From Methanobacteriota archaeon (GTDB taxonomy: Archaea; Thermoplasmatota; Thermoplasmata; SG8-5; DAIRED01), in assembly GCA_043799545.1 (NCBI GenBank), contig JAZDNO010000006.1, positions 128,001-192,000 on the forward strand: 64,000 nucleotides of DNA. The letters run 5' to 3'. Position 1 is the first letter of the stretch. Each line of letters opens with the position of its first letter. Shown here piece after piece: positions 17,180 to 28,500 of this stretch. The notes under the pieces are model-generated. The model did not search any database. It saw nothing but the letters and a program-made list of their open reading frames with translations, and was not told the DNA's origin. Made by a program: the position numbers and the translations under genes.

Positions 17180-20158
17180 CTATCCATGAAGCTCGCCTCC
17201 GCCATCCGAAACTGCCTTGAGAGCCAGTGACTCCGCCCTCTCCGCGGCTCTTTCCGCCCATTCGACCCTCCCCGAGCCAAGGTACTCCCTGGCCGATTCA
17301 AGCTCCCTGCGCGCCCCGGAAACGTCGTAGCCCCCGATTTCCAAATCCGCCACGAGGCTCTCCGCGTGATTAAGCCTGCCCGCCGCGCGCCCCCGTTTCC
17401 TGCGGGCGGCCGACACTGCATAAAACGCCGCGGCGATGGCAACGGTGGCGAGGGCAACCCCTAAAAGGGCAGCGACCGGCAGCTCGAAACGCTTTGCGAC
17501 CTCCGGCTCCACTGAGATTTGCAGCCTCGCCGAATTGTTCGACACAGAGAAATCGACGACGGTGCAGTTGACCGGGACTATCGTGGCCAGGATGGTCGCG
17601 TTGCCGGCCGAGATGGGTGTCCAATTCAGCGCGAAGGCGGCGTTCCTGCCGTTTGAGAGAAACACGGTCCGGTTGGTGAGCAAGCCATCGGGGGAATAGA
17701 GCTTCACCTCTGCCAGGCAGGGCTCCATCCCGGCGTTACCAGCAGTCAATTCCAATCCAACAGGTTCGCCGACCCGGTTCTCACCGCTCGTGTTGAAGAC
17801 CCCGACGTACAGGTCGAGGAAAGCGCTCACGACCACGCTCAGATACGAGCCCGCGCTCGGCGCCCTGGACTGAAAACCGGAGGGGTCGACGGATTCGAAG
17901 TAGTAGCTTATAGTCGTTCCGTCCGGCTGTCCCGGAATCTCGGCGGAGTACCCGCCGTTCCCCGACGGCGCCATGGCGGAAACGTTCCACCTTCCAGCCT
18001 GGGTATAGTGCAGGGTCACGTTGGCGCCCGCCGGGCCCGAGAACCACGCCTCGAACGGGTATGGACCAGTCGTGTTCTGGGCGGCGGGCGCGGCTCCGGC
18101 GGTCACCAGCGCGCGCGGCGTCGGGTTATCGAGTTCCGAGAGGTACTGGCGCCAGGACGCCGCCGAATCGAATTCCAAATAACCTAGGTCGAAGCCACCT
18201 AAAAGCGGATGGTAGACGTACAGGCCTTTGACGCCGCTCGCCGAGAAACCCGAGAAGATGGCGACGGTCGAAAGCTCGAGGGACTGGAGCAAATTCTCCG
18301 ACCTTTCCCTTATCAACGGTACTAGCGTGCCCTCCAAAATCAGCCTTTCGCACAGCGATGCCACGTCTACAAGGTTCGGCTTGGAAGACCAAAGCCCTCC
18401 CGTCGCGTTTCTCGCGGCGAGGATGGCAGAGAGGTTGTAATACGCATAACCGGACAGCGCATCCGACAGGGAGCGCCAGGAGTCGAGAGCGTCGCCGAGC
18501 AAAGGCAGGGAGAACGCCCCCATCGAGCCGTACCCGACCCAGGAATATTTGCCGGCGTAGGCTTCCACCAGCGATTTGCCGAGGGCGTCCGGCCCGGCGT
18601 TGGTGTTCGCGCCCAAACGTCCGAGTACGGCCGTGTAGTCCCAGCCCGTGTCCGGCTCCTCCAGCTCCGAAGCGACGAACGCCCTCGCGCTGCCCGACAG
18701 CTCCGCGGCCATCTCCAGGCTCGCCCCCCAGCACAGGTCCAGGCCGACGAGGTCGATGGGAGCGGCGCCCCGCAGGACCTCGCAGGCGTCCGCCGTTCCG
18801 AGCCACATCCCGGCATCGAGGCAGAGCCCGCCCAGCACGTCGTTCCCGTGGTCCCAAAGAACGACGGCGAAGCGCTGCGACGGGTAAGCGGCCCGCGTCC
18901 AGTCCATGAACCGCTCCAGCGTGGACGGTTCGCTCATCGCTACCTCGCGGGAAGGGGCGCCGATGACCTCCCCTCCGTCGTCGAGGGCCGGGGACATGAC
19001 GTTTGCGCTGTCCATGTCATGGGCGATGCGGTACAGCTTCGAGTCACCGTTTCCAGGGCCGTCGTAAAGCACGACGACGTTGGCATCGACGACCGCCGGC
19101 GCCGCCTCCATCTCGTTCAGGTCCAGGAGAGCCTGGTCCGCCAGGTTGTTGTCGGCGGCCATGTAAACCGCCACAGTCCAGTCGGGCAGCGAAGAATCAT
19201 CCGCGCGCCCGGCCATCTCGCAGGCGTAGAGCGCCGCCTCGACGTTCCCAGGTGTCATGCCATCAATCTCCGGTTGGTCTGGGAAGAATCCCGTCCCGAT
19301 TTCCACGGTGACGGGGGCGGCGGACATGTTGGCATAGAGCCAGTCGTCGCTGTCGCCGAAGGTCTGGTAGGTTGTGTGCCCTTCCACGGCCGTGTAGCCG
19401 TTCCGCTCCGCGACTTCGGACGCAAGGGCTTCCAGGGTGGCGTTGGAGCCCGTGTCCTGGCCGTTGTTCCACGGATAGTAGACAAGCTCGCCGTACGAGT
19501 GGAACGATACCGACGTTGAGAACTTCTCCCTCTCCGCCAGCATCCTGATGGCATTTGTCTCGACCTCGGAGAATGGCCCCGGCCCGCAGTACTCCTGCGA
19601 CGCCGGGTCGTGGACTGAATTACCCTCGCCCCAGAGATGGCCGTAGTTCCTGTTGAGGTCCACGCCCACGCCGTCCGTGATGCCGTCTCCGTTGGAGTCC
19701 ACGGGCCTGCGGTTCTTGCGCCATTCCGTGTCCCCGGTGCCGAGCACGTGCTCGATGCCGTCCGGGTTGACCATCGGCACGAGCCAGATTTCGCGGTTGT
19801 CCAGCAGCCAGCGTATTGTGCCGTTCGATCCGTATCCGTCGGCGAGGGTGCGGGCAACGGCGAGGGCGACCGCGACGGACGCTGGCTCACGCGCATGATG
19901 CCCGCCCATGACGAGCGCCGCCGGACCGGCTCCAGCGCAGAGCCGAAGCCCCAGCACGCCGCGCCCCTCGAACGTTGTGCCGAGGGTTTCCAAGGTGGCG
20001 AAACCGGGATGCTGCGCGGCGATGCCCTGCAGGGCAGATTTCACGTCGTCGTAGCCTGCATATCCGTCCAGCGCGCGGTTCTCCGGCGTTGTGGCAGCCA
20101 GAGGCGCCGCTGCGACGAACAGCATCGCGATGGCCACGCCCAGCGCCGCAGTCCTCAT
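17180..20158 (-). CDS. membrane-anchored M14 zinc carboxypeptidase + C11 (clostripain-like) cysteine peptidase + CARDB fusion
   Basis: M14 motifs GGHHAREP, NPDG, WRKNR, GVDLNRNY, SFHSYG. C11 motifs WTVAVYMAADNNL, DLNEM, WDHG, LDLC, SELEEP..GWDY. Signal peptide and C-terminal TM. Confidence 0.88.
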   Translation of the reverse strand: MRTAALGVAIAMLFVAAAPLAATTPENRALDGYAGYDDVKSALQGIAAQHPGFATLETLGTTFEGRGVLGLRLCAGAGPAALVMGGHHAREPASVAVALAVARTLADGYGSNGTIRWLLDNREIWLVPMVNPDGIEHVLGTGDTEWRKNRRPVDSNGDGITDGVGVDLNRNYGHLWGEGNSVHDPASQEYCGPGPFSEVETNAIRMLAEREKFSTSVSFHSYGELVYYPWNNGQDTGSNATLEALASEVAERNGYTAVEGHTTYQTFGDSDDWLYANMSAAPVTVEIGTGFFPDQPEIDGMTPGNVEAALYACEMAGRADDSSLPDWTVAVYMAADNNLADQALLDLNEMEAAPAVVDANVVVLYDGPGNGDSKLYRIAHDMDSANVMSPALDDGGEVIGAPSREVAMSEPSTLERFMDWTRAAYPSQRFAVVLWDHGNDVLGGLCLDAGMWLGTADACEVLRGAAPIDLVGLDLCWGASLEMAAELSGSARAFVASELEEPDTGWDYTAVLGRLGANTNAGPDALGKSLVEAYAGKYSWVGYGSMGAFSLPLLGDALDSWRSLSDALSGYAYYNLSAILAARNATGGLWSSKPNLVDVASLCERLILEGTLVPLIRERSENLLQSLELSTVAIFSGFSASGVKGLYVYHPLLGGFDLGYLEFDSAASWRQYLSELDNPTPRALVTAGAAPAAQNTTGPYPFEAWFSGPAGANVTLHYTQAGRWNVSAMAPSGNGGYSAEIPGQPDGTTISYYFESVDPSGFQSRAPSAGSYLSVVVSAFLDLYVGVFNTSGENRVGEPVGLELTAGNAGMEPCLAEVKLYSPDGLLTNRTVFLSNGRNAAFALNWTPISAGNATILATIVPVNCTVVDFSVSNNSARLQISVEPEVAKRFELPVAALLGVALATVAIAAAFYAVSAARRKRGRAAGRLNHAESLVADLEIGGYDVSGARRELESAREYLGSGRVEWAERAAERAESLALKAVSDGGGELHG

Positions 20159-20164
20159 CGGCCC

Positions 20165-23100
20165 TCAGTTGAACTTGGTCAGCCCGGTCAGGGTCACGTC
20201 GTCTATGTAGACCCCCCACGGGGCGCCGTTCGATGCGTAGTGCGCGTATGAGGCGTCGTTATTTGTGACGATTCTGAAACGGAGCTGTATCTGCTTCCCG
20301 CGCCAGGAGTTCAGGTCGACGTTGAGCCTCGTCAGCGTGTCCGCAGAGACCCAACCGTTGGCCCCGTTCAGTCCCGTGTAAGTCTTCCCGTCCAGCTTTC
20401 CGTCGTCGATGTCGGCGCCCGTATTGGACAGGCTCCACGCGCACCTCACGCCGAGGTTGAGGGTATGCCAGCTCGCCCCCTTGTCGGGCGTGACCTCGAC
20501 GCGGAGGCAGTCCGGCGGCACGCCCTCGGCGGTGTTGATGTTGAACTTGAAGTAAGCGCTGAGGGTGACCTGGACCGCGCTCGTGAGGTCGATGGGGGTG
20601 GTGATTAGGGCGTTGTCGATGCCCGGCTTGAGGCCGTTCGCGGCTACGTCATGGCTCCACCATGCGTGGGTCGGCGCGCCGTAGCGGTCAGTAGTGTAAT
20701 TCATGTCCCAGACGTCTTTGTGCGCCGCCAGCAGGGTCGCGTTGCCCCTGCCCACCCTGAGCTGCACGTCGTCGAGGTACCAGCCCACGCCCGTTCCCCC
20801 TCCGAACTGGATGTACTTGAAAGCGACCCTGACGCTGGAACGGTATTGGACCGGGATGTATGGCATTATATCTAGCTCCACACGGTCCCAGGCGTAGGTC
20901 CCGGCGCCGCTGACGCCGTTGAAGCACCACTTGATTTGGTTGCCGAACCCGTCGTATTCGTTCTCGAGGAAATACAACCCGCCGGTGTAGATGCCGTTCG
21001 GGATGATGTACAGGAACTTCCAGGGCCCCACGATGGGCGGGTCCCGGACCTCGACGCCTATGACCCCGCCGTTGCCGCCGGGGAGCATGTTGTACTTGTG
21101 CGAGAACGACAGCTTCGCAGTCTGGTACCCGCTCAGGTCGACGGCGGGCGAGACGGCCTGCTTGTCAACGTTGGCCGCGTTGGGCGATGGCTGCGCCGGG
21201 GCAGAGCGGGTCTGGTTGAAGCCGCCCGAGTTGATGATGCCGCTGATGTTGATGAAGATGTCCTCGAGGTTGGTGCCGTCCTCTGAATAGTAATAATCGC
21301 CGTCTGATGTGTCGGCAATCCTCCACAGGTTGTATTCGACAGTCCCGGATTCAGTCCCAATTATATGCGTGTATGGGTTCGTGGCGTATTCCGCCGGCGT
21401 GCTCGCGACGCCGTTGCTGGCCGGTCCAGCCGGATAGTGCTCGATACCGACGCCGATTGTGAACATGGGCACATCAGAGTACAGCAGCCCCTTCCTGTCG
21501 TTGAACCAGGCGCCTCCGTGAGTTCCTGCCCGAATCCACTCACCCCACTCGCCTATGACCTGGTCCTGGTAGTACCAGTATTTCCCCCAGTGGTTCGGAT
21601 AGTCGCCCTCGACGCCGATGGAGGTTCCCCACGGAGCCCACTCATCACTCCCGCATTCCAGCTTGTTGTACCCATACGAAGACGAATCAGCAGACTGCAG
21701 GTCGAAACCGTCCGTGAGGGCAACGACGGCCGCGAAATGCTCCGGGTATGTAGGGATGGCCGCCTGCACGGCCTCCCAGCCCAGCCCTATCGCGTCCCAG
21801 ATGGCGGTGTTCGTGTTACCCTGGTCTAGGTCGCTGTAAATCATATTGGTTACATTCTCCCGGCCAGTACCCGCGAGGAGCGTCATGCCGATGAGCGGCC
21901 TCTCGTTCGCACCCTGGAAATGGTAGACTCCAACGACCGAATTGTCGCTGAACGCATTGACCATCGAGGCGGCCGCATCTTGGGTCACCTCGAGTAGGGT
22001 CCTTCCTGAACCGTCCGTGCATATCCTGTCGGTCATCGAAGGGGAGTTGTCCAACACTATCGCCACGAGGACGTCGGCTGTCCCGAACACACCCTGCGGC
22101 TCCTCCATGTAGTACGATTCGTTGTAGCTGTGGTACTGCGCCGAGGTGTTCGTCACTCCGCTGGTGAACCGAACCGTGCTGCTCGGGTAGGTGCCGTAGT
22201 CCCAGTCCTTTTTGACGTCCGTTTTGACGTTCGTGTACGATGCGCCCAGGAAGTTCAGCGGCCCCTCGCTGTTGATGTTGAGGAGCGTCGCCTCGTGCTC
22301 CCACTTGCCCGTCCCGCTCTCCATGTCGTCGAAGAAGAAGTAAACCTTGGTCTCGTAGGAGGCGTTGTTGTTGAACCACTCGAAGACCTCCCCCGTCTCG
22401 TTTAGAGGGTCCACCAGCACGCGTATCGTGCGGCTCCCGGTGGCCAGGGGGCGCCAGATTATCTCCGCCGTCGTCTCGTTGTCCGGGCTGATGCCTATCG
22501 AGTCCGAGCCTATGGTGGTGTTCTCGTCCATGAATCTTACCAGAGCGCTCGCCTCCGCGTATCCCGCGAGGTTGCGCACGGTCGCCTGGAGCACGTACGA
22601 GTTGCCTATCTGCGGGTGGAGGTCCGAGACCTTCACGTCGATGCAGGAGACCTTCAGCTCGCTCCGCGTCTCAGGGCGACCGAACCAGTCGAGGACGAGG
22701 AAGGCAATCTCCTTCCGGGCCTCGCCGGCCGTCGGCAGCTGCCATCCGCCGTCCGCCAGGTCCAGGAGCGAGAACGAGTTCAAAACGGTGGAAAAGTCCG
22801 ATGTCCTGACCCGGACGCCGAGGAACCTGCCGGGCGTCGCGCTGAGGATGTAGCCGGTCGCGCCCGCCGCCGGCGTGATTGCGTCGCAAGTCCCCGCGCC
22901 GGCCCCGTAGTGGATGCCGTGGCCGAGTTCGTCGTCGGTGATTCCCGAGATGTCGTCCGGCAGTGCCTGGGGCACCGCCGCGCCGACTCCGAAGTGGGAG
23001 CTCATGAAAACCGAATCGGACTGCTGCGTGGAGTTCTTGCCCTGGAGCCAGACCCTTCCGCTTTTGTTGAAGTAGTCTGCCAGCTTGACCTGGTCCTGAG

Positions 23101-25516
23101 GCGCTATGCTGTTGGCCGCGTCGCCGGAGACCCAGATGACTACGTTATAGTCTCCCAGGTTCCTCGTGTCCGGCAGATAGCTGCCCACGCTCACGTTTTC
23201 CTGCTCGTACTTGCAGGCGAAGCCGTCGAGCGCTTTGGTCAGGTTTCCGGTCTCGTCTCGGAGAACCCCGCCGTTGTTGGGGCTCTCGTCGTCGTCGACG
23301 ACCAGCAGCCGGAACAGCACGTTTATCGTCGTCGCAGTCACCAGCCCGCCGGCCTGATTGTTGTTCTCGTTGGATTCAGTCTTCGCCCCGTCGGGGTCGA
23401 CCCTGACGACGAGCGTGTGCACGCCGGGGCTGGAGGCGTTCCAGGTCCAGCTTTTCACGACCTTTCCGCCGTGGCCGGGAACGAATATCGAGGCGTTGTA
23501 GCTCCCGGCGAGCGGGGCGCCGTCGAGCGCGACGTCGGCAGAGACGTTGTCGTCTTTCGCGCCGTTGTTCCTTATCCAGGCGGTCACGGTCACCTGCTCC
23601 TTGTAATAGACCACTTCGGGCTCGATGGTCTGGCCCGTGACGGCGAAGTCTATGATGTTCTTCTCCGTGAGGTTGCCGAGCCACAGGATGACGGCGTACG
23701 CGGCGTCAGTTTGGACCGAGAGGTCAGCTATCCTGCTGAAGTCCCAGCCGAAAGTTATGATGCGGGAGTCGAGCGCGTCATTCTCGTACGAAACGGCGTC
23801 CGAGCCGCCCGTCCGGTTGAACATGCTGACCGCCCCGGCGCCAGGCCCCAGGATGGTGCTGGTTTTCTGGCTGTCGAGCCTGTACGTCGTGTTGATGGAC
23901 GTGACTGGCGTGGACCAGTTCCTGGCGACCGGGTGCCCCGGGTTGCCGGCGAGGGGCGTGGTGAGGCTGGCGGACGTGCCAGCGTTCGAAAGGTGCAGGT
24001 ACGTAGATGCGAAGGTGGATGCGGAGACGCTCGGGTCGTCCAGGAAACTCTGCCCTATCATCCAGAGGCTCCCGGTCGATGTGCGCCCCGTCGTATCGGC
24101 GAGGTATTTCCCCAGATTTGTCCTGTCCTCGGCCGTCAGGGTTCCCGCGTTTTCGTAGCCGCAGTTCCAGACAACGACGTCGTAGCTTATCAGCTGCGTC
24201 ATCCCCGAGTTGAAGGCGGGGCCGTTCCCGCCCGGGACGACGAACATGTCGTATTCGAATCCGCCGCTGTCCAGCGCCTCGCGCAGGTACCTTGTGGAGT
24301 CACGGTCCCCGCCGTCGTTCTGGTCGTCGTCGACGAGCAGCACCGTAGGCAGGATTGTCAGCGTGTAGTTGAGGTAGTTGTCAGTCGTGCCGCCCTCCGG
24401 CTCGGCAACCGGCGATGTTACGACCGCCGAGATGAAGATGATATGGTTTCCGCCAGGGCCAGCATTCCTCCATGTGAACTTCTCGGTTATCTGGTCGGAG
24501 ATGCCGAGGAACGGGGTGTCGCGCGCCCACCAGCTGCCGGACCTGTCCGCTACCGTGAGGTTAATTCTGGCGGCCCCTCCGCCGTAGTTGCTCACAGTCA
24601 CCTCCAGCGTGAGGTCGTCGCCGTTCTGCGGGTCCTGGGGATTGACGAAGACCTTGTCCATGCTGAGGTGTATCTCAGGGCGGGCGCCTATCTCCCTGCC
24701 CAGAGTCAGCAGCACGACTCTCGTCGCGACGTGGCCTGCCATGTCGGTGGCCCTGACCGTCGCAGGATAGTAGCCGTCGTGGGTGACGTACGTCCCCATC
24801 ATCCTCGAAACCTGGAAGACGCCCGCGGCGCCCTCGGTCAGGGGTATTGCGGTCTCCAGCGGCCCGAGGAGGTGGCTCAGGTCCACGGTCGGCGTTGCGG
24901 TGTTGAGGTCGCCGTTCGGGTCCGAGAGCCGGACGTAGAACGTGAACGGTTCGTCGTTCTGGATGGGGTCCCTGGCCAGCGTCGTCAGGTCCGAGTCCGC
25001 CCAGGCGTCCATGATGAGGGGCGCGTAGGACTCGTTCCCGCCCTGGAGCTTGCTGCCCCAGACGTAGGTGTTGCGCTCCATGTCTACAACGGAGGCGTCC
25101 ATGGTGGAGGTCGGCCAGACCGACAGCGGGGGAAGGTGTATCTTCCAGACGTCCGACGGGTCCCAGGTGTCGTCCGCGGCGTTGTTGATGAACGTCACGC
25201 CGCTGTACGTGGCCACGTCGTACGAAGTTGAGGTCCCGTTGATTGTGATGATGACCTTGGCCTCCAGCGCGACCAGGCTCCGCCCGCCGATGTGCGTTAT
25301 GAAGACCTCCGCCCCGTTTGACCACTCTGGCACGCCAGATGGCTGGACGCGCCCTATGAACGACACCTGCGTGTTTCTGGTGGGCGCGGGCATCCGTCCC
25401 ACGAAAGCGATGATGCTGGAGAACAGCAGCACCGTGAGTCCGAGGATCAGGATGGTGCTGACAACCTCGGAGACGCCCCCCGAATCCCAGCCCCGTTTCC
25501 TCGTCAGCCTTTTCAT
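20165..25516 (-). CDS. giant type IV pilin-like adhesin B (about 1783 aa) with CARDB repeats and a vWA domain
   Basis: Start MKRLTRKRGWDSGG|VSEVVSTILILGLTVLLFS at 25516 (SD GGTGAG). CARDB motifs, two LLVDDD alpha/beta domains, MIDAS-like DNSPS near 22040, C-terminal jelly-roll-type domains. Confidence 0.88.
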   Translation of the reverse strand: MKRLTRKRGWDSGGVSEVVSTILILGLTVLLFSSIIAFVGRMPAPTRNTQVSFIGRVQPSGVPEWSNGAEVFITHIGGRSLVALEAKVIITINGTSTSYDVATYSGVTFINNAADDTWDPSDVWKIHLPPLSVWPTSTMDASVVDMERNTYVWGSKLQGGNESYAPLIMDAWADSDLTTLARDPIQNDEPFTFYVRLSDPNGDLNTATPTVDLSHLLGPLETAIPLTEGAAGVFQVSRMMGTYVTHDGYYPATVRATDMAGHVATRVVLLTLGREIGARPEIHLSMDKVFVNPQDPQNGDDLTLEVTVSNYGGGAARINLTVADRSGSWWARDTPFLGISDQITEKFTWRNAGPGGNHIIFISAVVTSPVAEPEGGTTDNYLNYTLTILPTVLLVDDDQNDGGDRDSTRYLREALDSGGFEYDMFVVPGGNGPAFNSGMTQLISYDVVVWNCGYENAGTLTAEDRTNLGKYLADTTGRTSTGSLWMIGQSFLDDPSVSASTFASTYLHLSNAGTSASLTTPLAGNPGHPVARNWSTPVTSINTTYRLDSQKTSTILGPGAGAVSMFNRTGGSDAVSYENDALDSRIITFGWDFSRIADLSVQTDAAYAVILWLGNLTEKNIIDFAVTGQTIEPEVVYYKEQVTVTAWIRNNGAKDDNVSADVALDGAPLAGSYNASIFVPGHGGKVVKSWTWNASSPGVHTLVVRVDPDGAKTESNENNNQAGGLVTATTINVLFRLLVVDDDESPNNGGVLRDETGNLTKALDGFACKYEQENVSVGSYLPDTRNLGDYNVVIWVSGDAANSIAPQDQVKLADYFNKSGRVWLQGKNSTQQSDSVFMSSHFGVGAAVPQALPDDISGITDDELGHGIHYGAGAGTCDAITPAAGATGYILSATPGRFLGVRVRTSDFSTVLNSFSLLDLADGGWQLPTAGEARKEIAFLVLDWFGRPETRSELKVSCIDVKVSDLHPQIGNSYVLQATVRNLAGYAEASALVRFMDENTTIGSDSIGISPDNETTAEIIWRPLATGSRTIRVLVDPLNETGEVFEWFNNNASYETKVYFFFDDMESGTGKWEHEATLLNINSEGPLNFLGASYTNVKTDVKKDWDYGTYPSSTVRFTSGVTNTSAQYHSYNESYYMEEPQGVFGTADVLVAIVLDNSPSMTDRICTDGSGRTLLEVTQDAAASMVNAFSDNSVVGVYHFQGANERPLIGMTLLAGTGRENVTNMIYSDLDQGNTNTAIWDAIGLGWEAVQAAIPTYPEHFAAVVALTDGFDLQSADSSSYGYNKLECGSDEWAPWGTSIGVEGDYPNHWGKYWYYQDQVIGEWGEWIRAGTHGGAWFNDRKGLLYSDVPMFTIGVGIEHYPAGPASNGVASTPAEYATNPYTHIIGTESGTVEYNLWRIADTSDGDYYYSEDGTNLEDIFINISGIINSGGFNQTRSAPAQPSPNAANVDKQAVSPAVDLSGYQTAKLSFSHKYNMLPGGNGGVIGVEVRDPPIVGPWKFLYIIPNGIYTGGLYFLENEYDGFGNQIKWCFNGVSGAGTYAWDRVELDIMPYIPVQYRSSVRVAFKYIQFGGGTGVGWYLDDVQLRVGRGNATLLAAHKDVWDMNYTTDRYGAPTHAWWSHDVAANGLKPGIDNALITTPIDLTSAVQVTLSAYFKFNINTAEGVPPDCLRVEVTPDKGASWHTLNLGVRCAWSLSNTGADIDDGKLDGKTYTGLNGANGWVSADTLTRLNVDLNSWRGKQIQLRFRIVTNNDASYAHYASNGAPWGVYIDDVTLTGLTKFN

Positions 25517-25520
25517 TTGC

Positions 25521-28500
25521 TCACCCCAGTATCGTGTTGCCCCTAACTTGCACGTCGTCAACGTAGAAGCCGCCGAAGCCCACGGTGTTGCTCTTGTATG
25601 CGTAATAGCCCGCGACGCTGTTGGTGACCATCCTGAACCTCAGCATTATCGCGTTGCCGCCGAACGACGAGAGGTCGACGTTCAGGCGCGTTAGGGAGCT
25701 GGCGGAGACCCAATAGTTGCCGGAATCGATTCCGCTGTAGGACCTGTCCGGCGTGTCGTCCTTTCCGTCCGAGAGGTCGCCTTCGACCCCCGAGACGTTC
25801 CAGGCGGCGCGGACGCCCAGGTTGATGGCGGACCAGCTCAGGCCGTTGTCCTTGCTTATCTCGACCCTGAAGCCGTCCGGCGGCGCGCCGTCCGCGGTGT
25901 TGATGTTGAACTTGAAGTAGGCGCTGAGCGTCGCGCTCCTGGCATTGGTCAGGTCGATGGGCCCGCACATCAGCGAGTTGTCTATGCCCTTCTTCATGTA
26001 GCCAGTGGCGCTGTCGCCGTTCCACCAGGCGTAGGTGCCGCTGTGGGCGGTGTGGAGCATCGTGCCTCCGGGGCCGTACGCCCATCCGGACGTTACGAGC
26101 CTCCAGGCGTCGGCCGTGACGTTCTCCGCATTGCCGCGGGCGACCGCGACCTTGACGTCGTCTATGTACCATCCGTAGCCCGTCCCGCCGCCGTACTGGT
26201 AGTACTGGAACCTGACGCGGACGTTGCTTAGCGGGTTGTAACCGGCGATGCCCGTCTGGTTGACCCACGGCAGGAGGTCGACGCTGACCTTCTCCCAGGC
26301 AAACGTTCCGCGCCCGCTGACGCCGTTCCAGCCCCACTGCATGAACGTTCCCATGCTGTCGGACCTCAGAGCTCTGGCGGTCACGTTGGCCGCGTCCGCG
26401 CCGTTGAACAGCCTCAGGTTGCCGGTGTATGCGCTGCTCGGGACGACGTAGCGCCACTTCCAGGCGCCCACGGCGCTCTCCTTGTACCCGACCATCAGGA
26501 CCCCGCCGTTCACGCCCGGCACCATGTTGTACTTGTGCCAGAAGCTGAGCGTTGCCGTTTCCAGGTTGGTCAGGTTCATTCCCTTCGTCACCGCGGACTT
26601 GTTGGAGTTCGGACCGGCGGGGGAGAGGCCTGGAATGGAGGAGCCGGTGCCCCCTCCTCCGGAGGATGCCGCCCCGGTGGTGAATGTCCACGAGTACGGT
26701 GTGCCGGTCAGGGGGAGCCCGTCAGCCGAGTCGGAGCCGGCCGTGACGGTGACAGTGTATGTGGTCGAGTAGGCGAAGGCCGTGTGGGCTATCGTCAGGG
26801 CGGTGTTTCCGCTCGTCCAGGCGTTGGCAAGCCCGCCGGGGTTCGGGTTGACGGTGTAGGCCACCGTCCCGGTGCTCATCGCCTTGCTGAAGACTATGCC
26901 GATCGAGGTGGTGATTCCGACACCCGTCGCGCCGTTGGACGGCGAGACGTAGACTATCGACGGGGCCGTCGGGCCCGAGGCGGTTGTGAAATGGAATGGG
27001 TTCGGGGCCGCGCTATAGCCGCCGATGGAGATGTCGTCTATCGCCCAGCCGTCGTCGTTGCCGCTTCCGTCGCTGGACATCCAGAACCTGATGATGATGG
27101 ACTGGCCGTCGTAGGCCGAGAGGTCCACCGTGTCCTGCTGCCACACCCCCCAGTCCCCGGTCCAGCCCTGGCTCTGGCCGTGCTTGGTGTTGTAGTCTCC
27201 GTTGCCGTCGATGCTCGCGTCCCAGCCCTGGCTCGGCAGGTTCGGGGCGGCCAGGTTCCAGGTAGTTCCGCCGTCGTTTGAGACCATGACGCACCCGCCG
27301 TCGTAGTTGTTCTCGAACTCGAAGTAGTTCCAGAACGTCATCACGGTGCTGGAGGAGCCGGCAAGGTTGAAGGACTGCTCCAGCCAGTTGTTCGCGTCGT
27401 CGTCATAGTTGTTGTTCAGGTCCAATTCGAGGCAGTTGGAGCCGGAATGTGGAGCTATGCCTGGGTCGCTCGGGTCCCCCCGCTCCCACTCGTCCTGAGT
27501 CCCGCCATGGCTCCAGCCGTCCCATCCTGCCTCGAAATCGGTCGCGTGCAGGGTGATGCTGGTGCCGCCGGACAGTGGCACGCCCGCCTTGGAGCTGCCT
27601 CCGGTAATAGTGAACGTGTAGAGCATGGCGTAATCGAAGTTCGCGTGCGTGTAGGTTGCGACCGTGTCGCCGCTGCTCCACGATACCGCCCAGCCGCCCG
27701 GGCTGGGGGCGCAGGTGTAAGTTACGGTTGCGATGTTCATGGGGACGCTGAATGCGACGGATACTGCGGCGTTGATTGCTATTCCGGTGGCCCCGTTGGA
27801 CGGGTACGTGTAGGTTATGTAGGTGCCGACCGAGGGTACGGCGGTGGCGAAGGCCCAGACCGGGCCGTTTGTCGTCGCCGAACCGTCGTTGGCAATCACG
27901 TACCAGTAGTAGAGGGTGGATGCCGCAAGGGCGGGAGATGTGGTCGTCGCCGCGATGTCGTTCGCGACTAGAACGGTCGGCGGGTTTGTCGTTCCCAGGT
28001 ACACGTCGTAGGTCAGCGGGTCGCCGTCCGGGTCGCTGCAGGTCCAGGATAGGGCCGAGGTCGTCGCCACGTTCACGGTTCCGTCGGCCGGGCTCGGGTT
28101 GGACGGCGCGTTCGGCGGCAGGTTGGGGCGGGTCCAGCGGAAGCCCTCGATTCTGGTGTCGTACGGGGTTATCCCCCAGTATATCCTGTCGTTTCCAGCC
28201 CCGGCCGAATTGGCTATTAGATAGTACCTGACTGTCCACATATTGTTGTCTAGCTGGCTAGCCCCGAGTTGCTCGGTCGTGAACGTCGCCCTCAGGGTCG
28301 CTGGCGGGTTTGTGTTTCTGTCGGCGTATACCCTGACAACGATGGAATCTGTGGACGCAAGGCCAGTTGACGGAGGGGTCCATGTAGCCGAGTATATTCC
28401 TGCGCCATTGGCGGTCACGGAAGCTATCGCGGATACGGCGCCGGTTATCTGCGTTTCCGCCCCTCCCGACGAACGTTGGTACACGCGGATTCCAGCGTAC

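Noticed and set aside
22616-25231. 871-aa + strand ORF and similar long antisense ORFs (11693-13249, 51319-53172, 60671-62020)
   Set aside because: Shadow frames opposite well-supported genes, with R/G/A/V-rich composition and no motifs.
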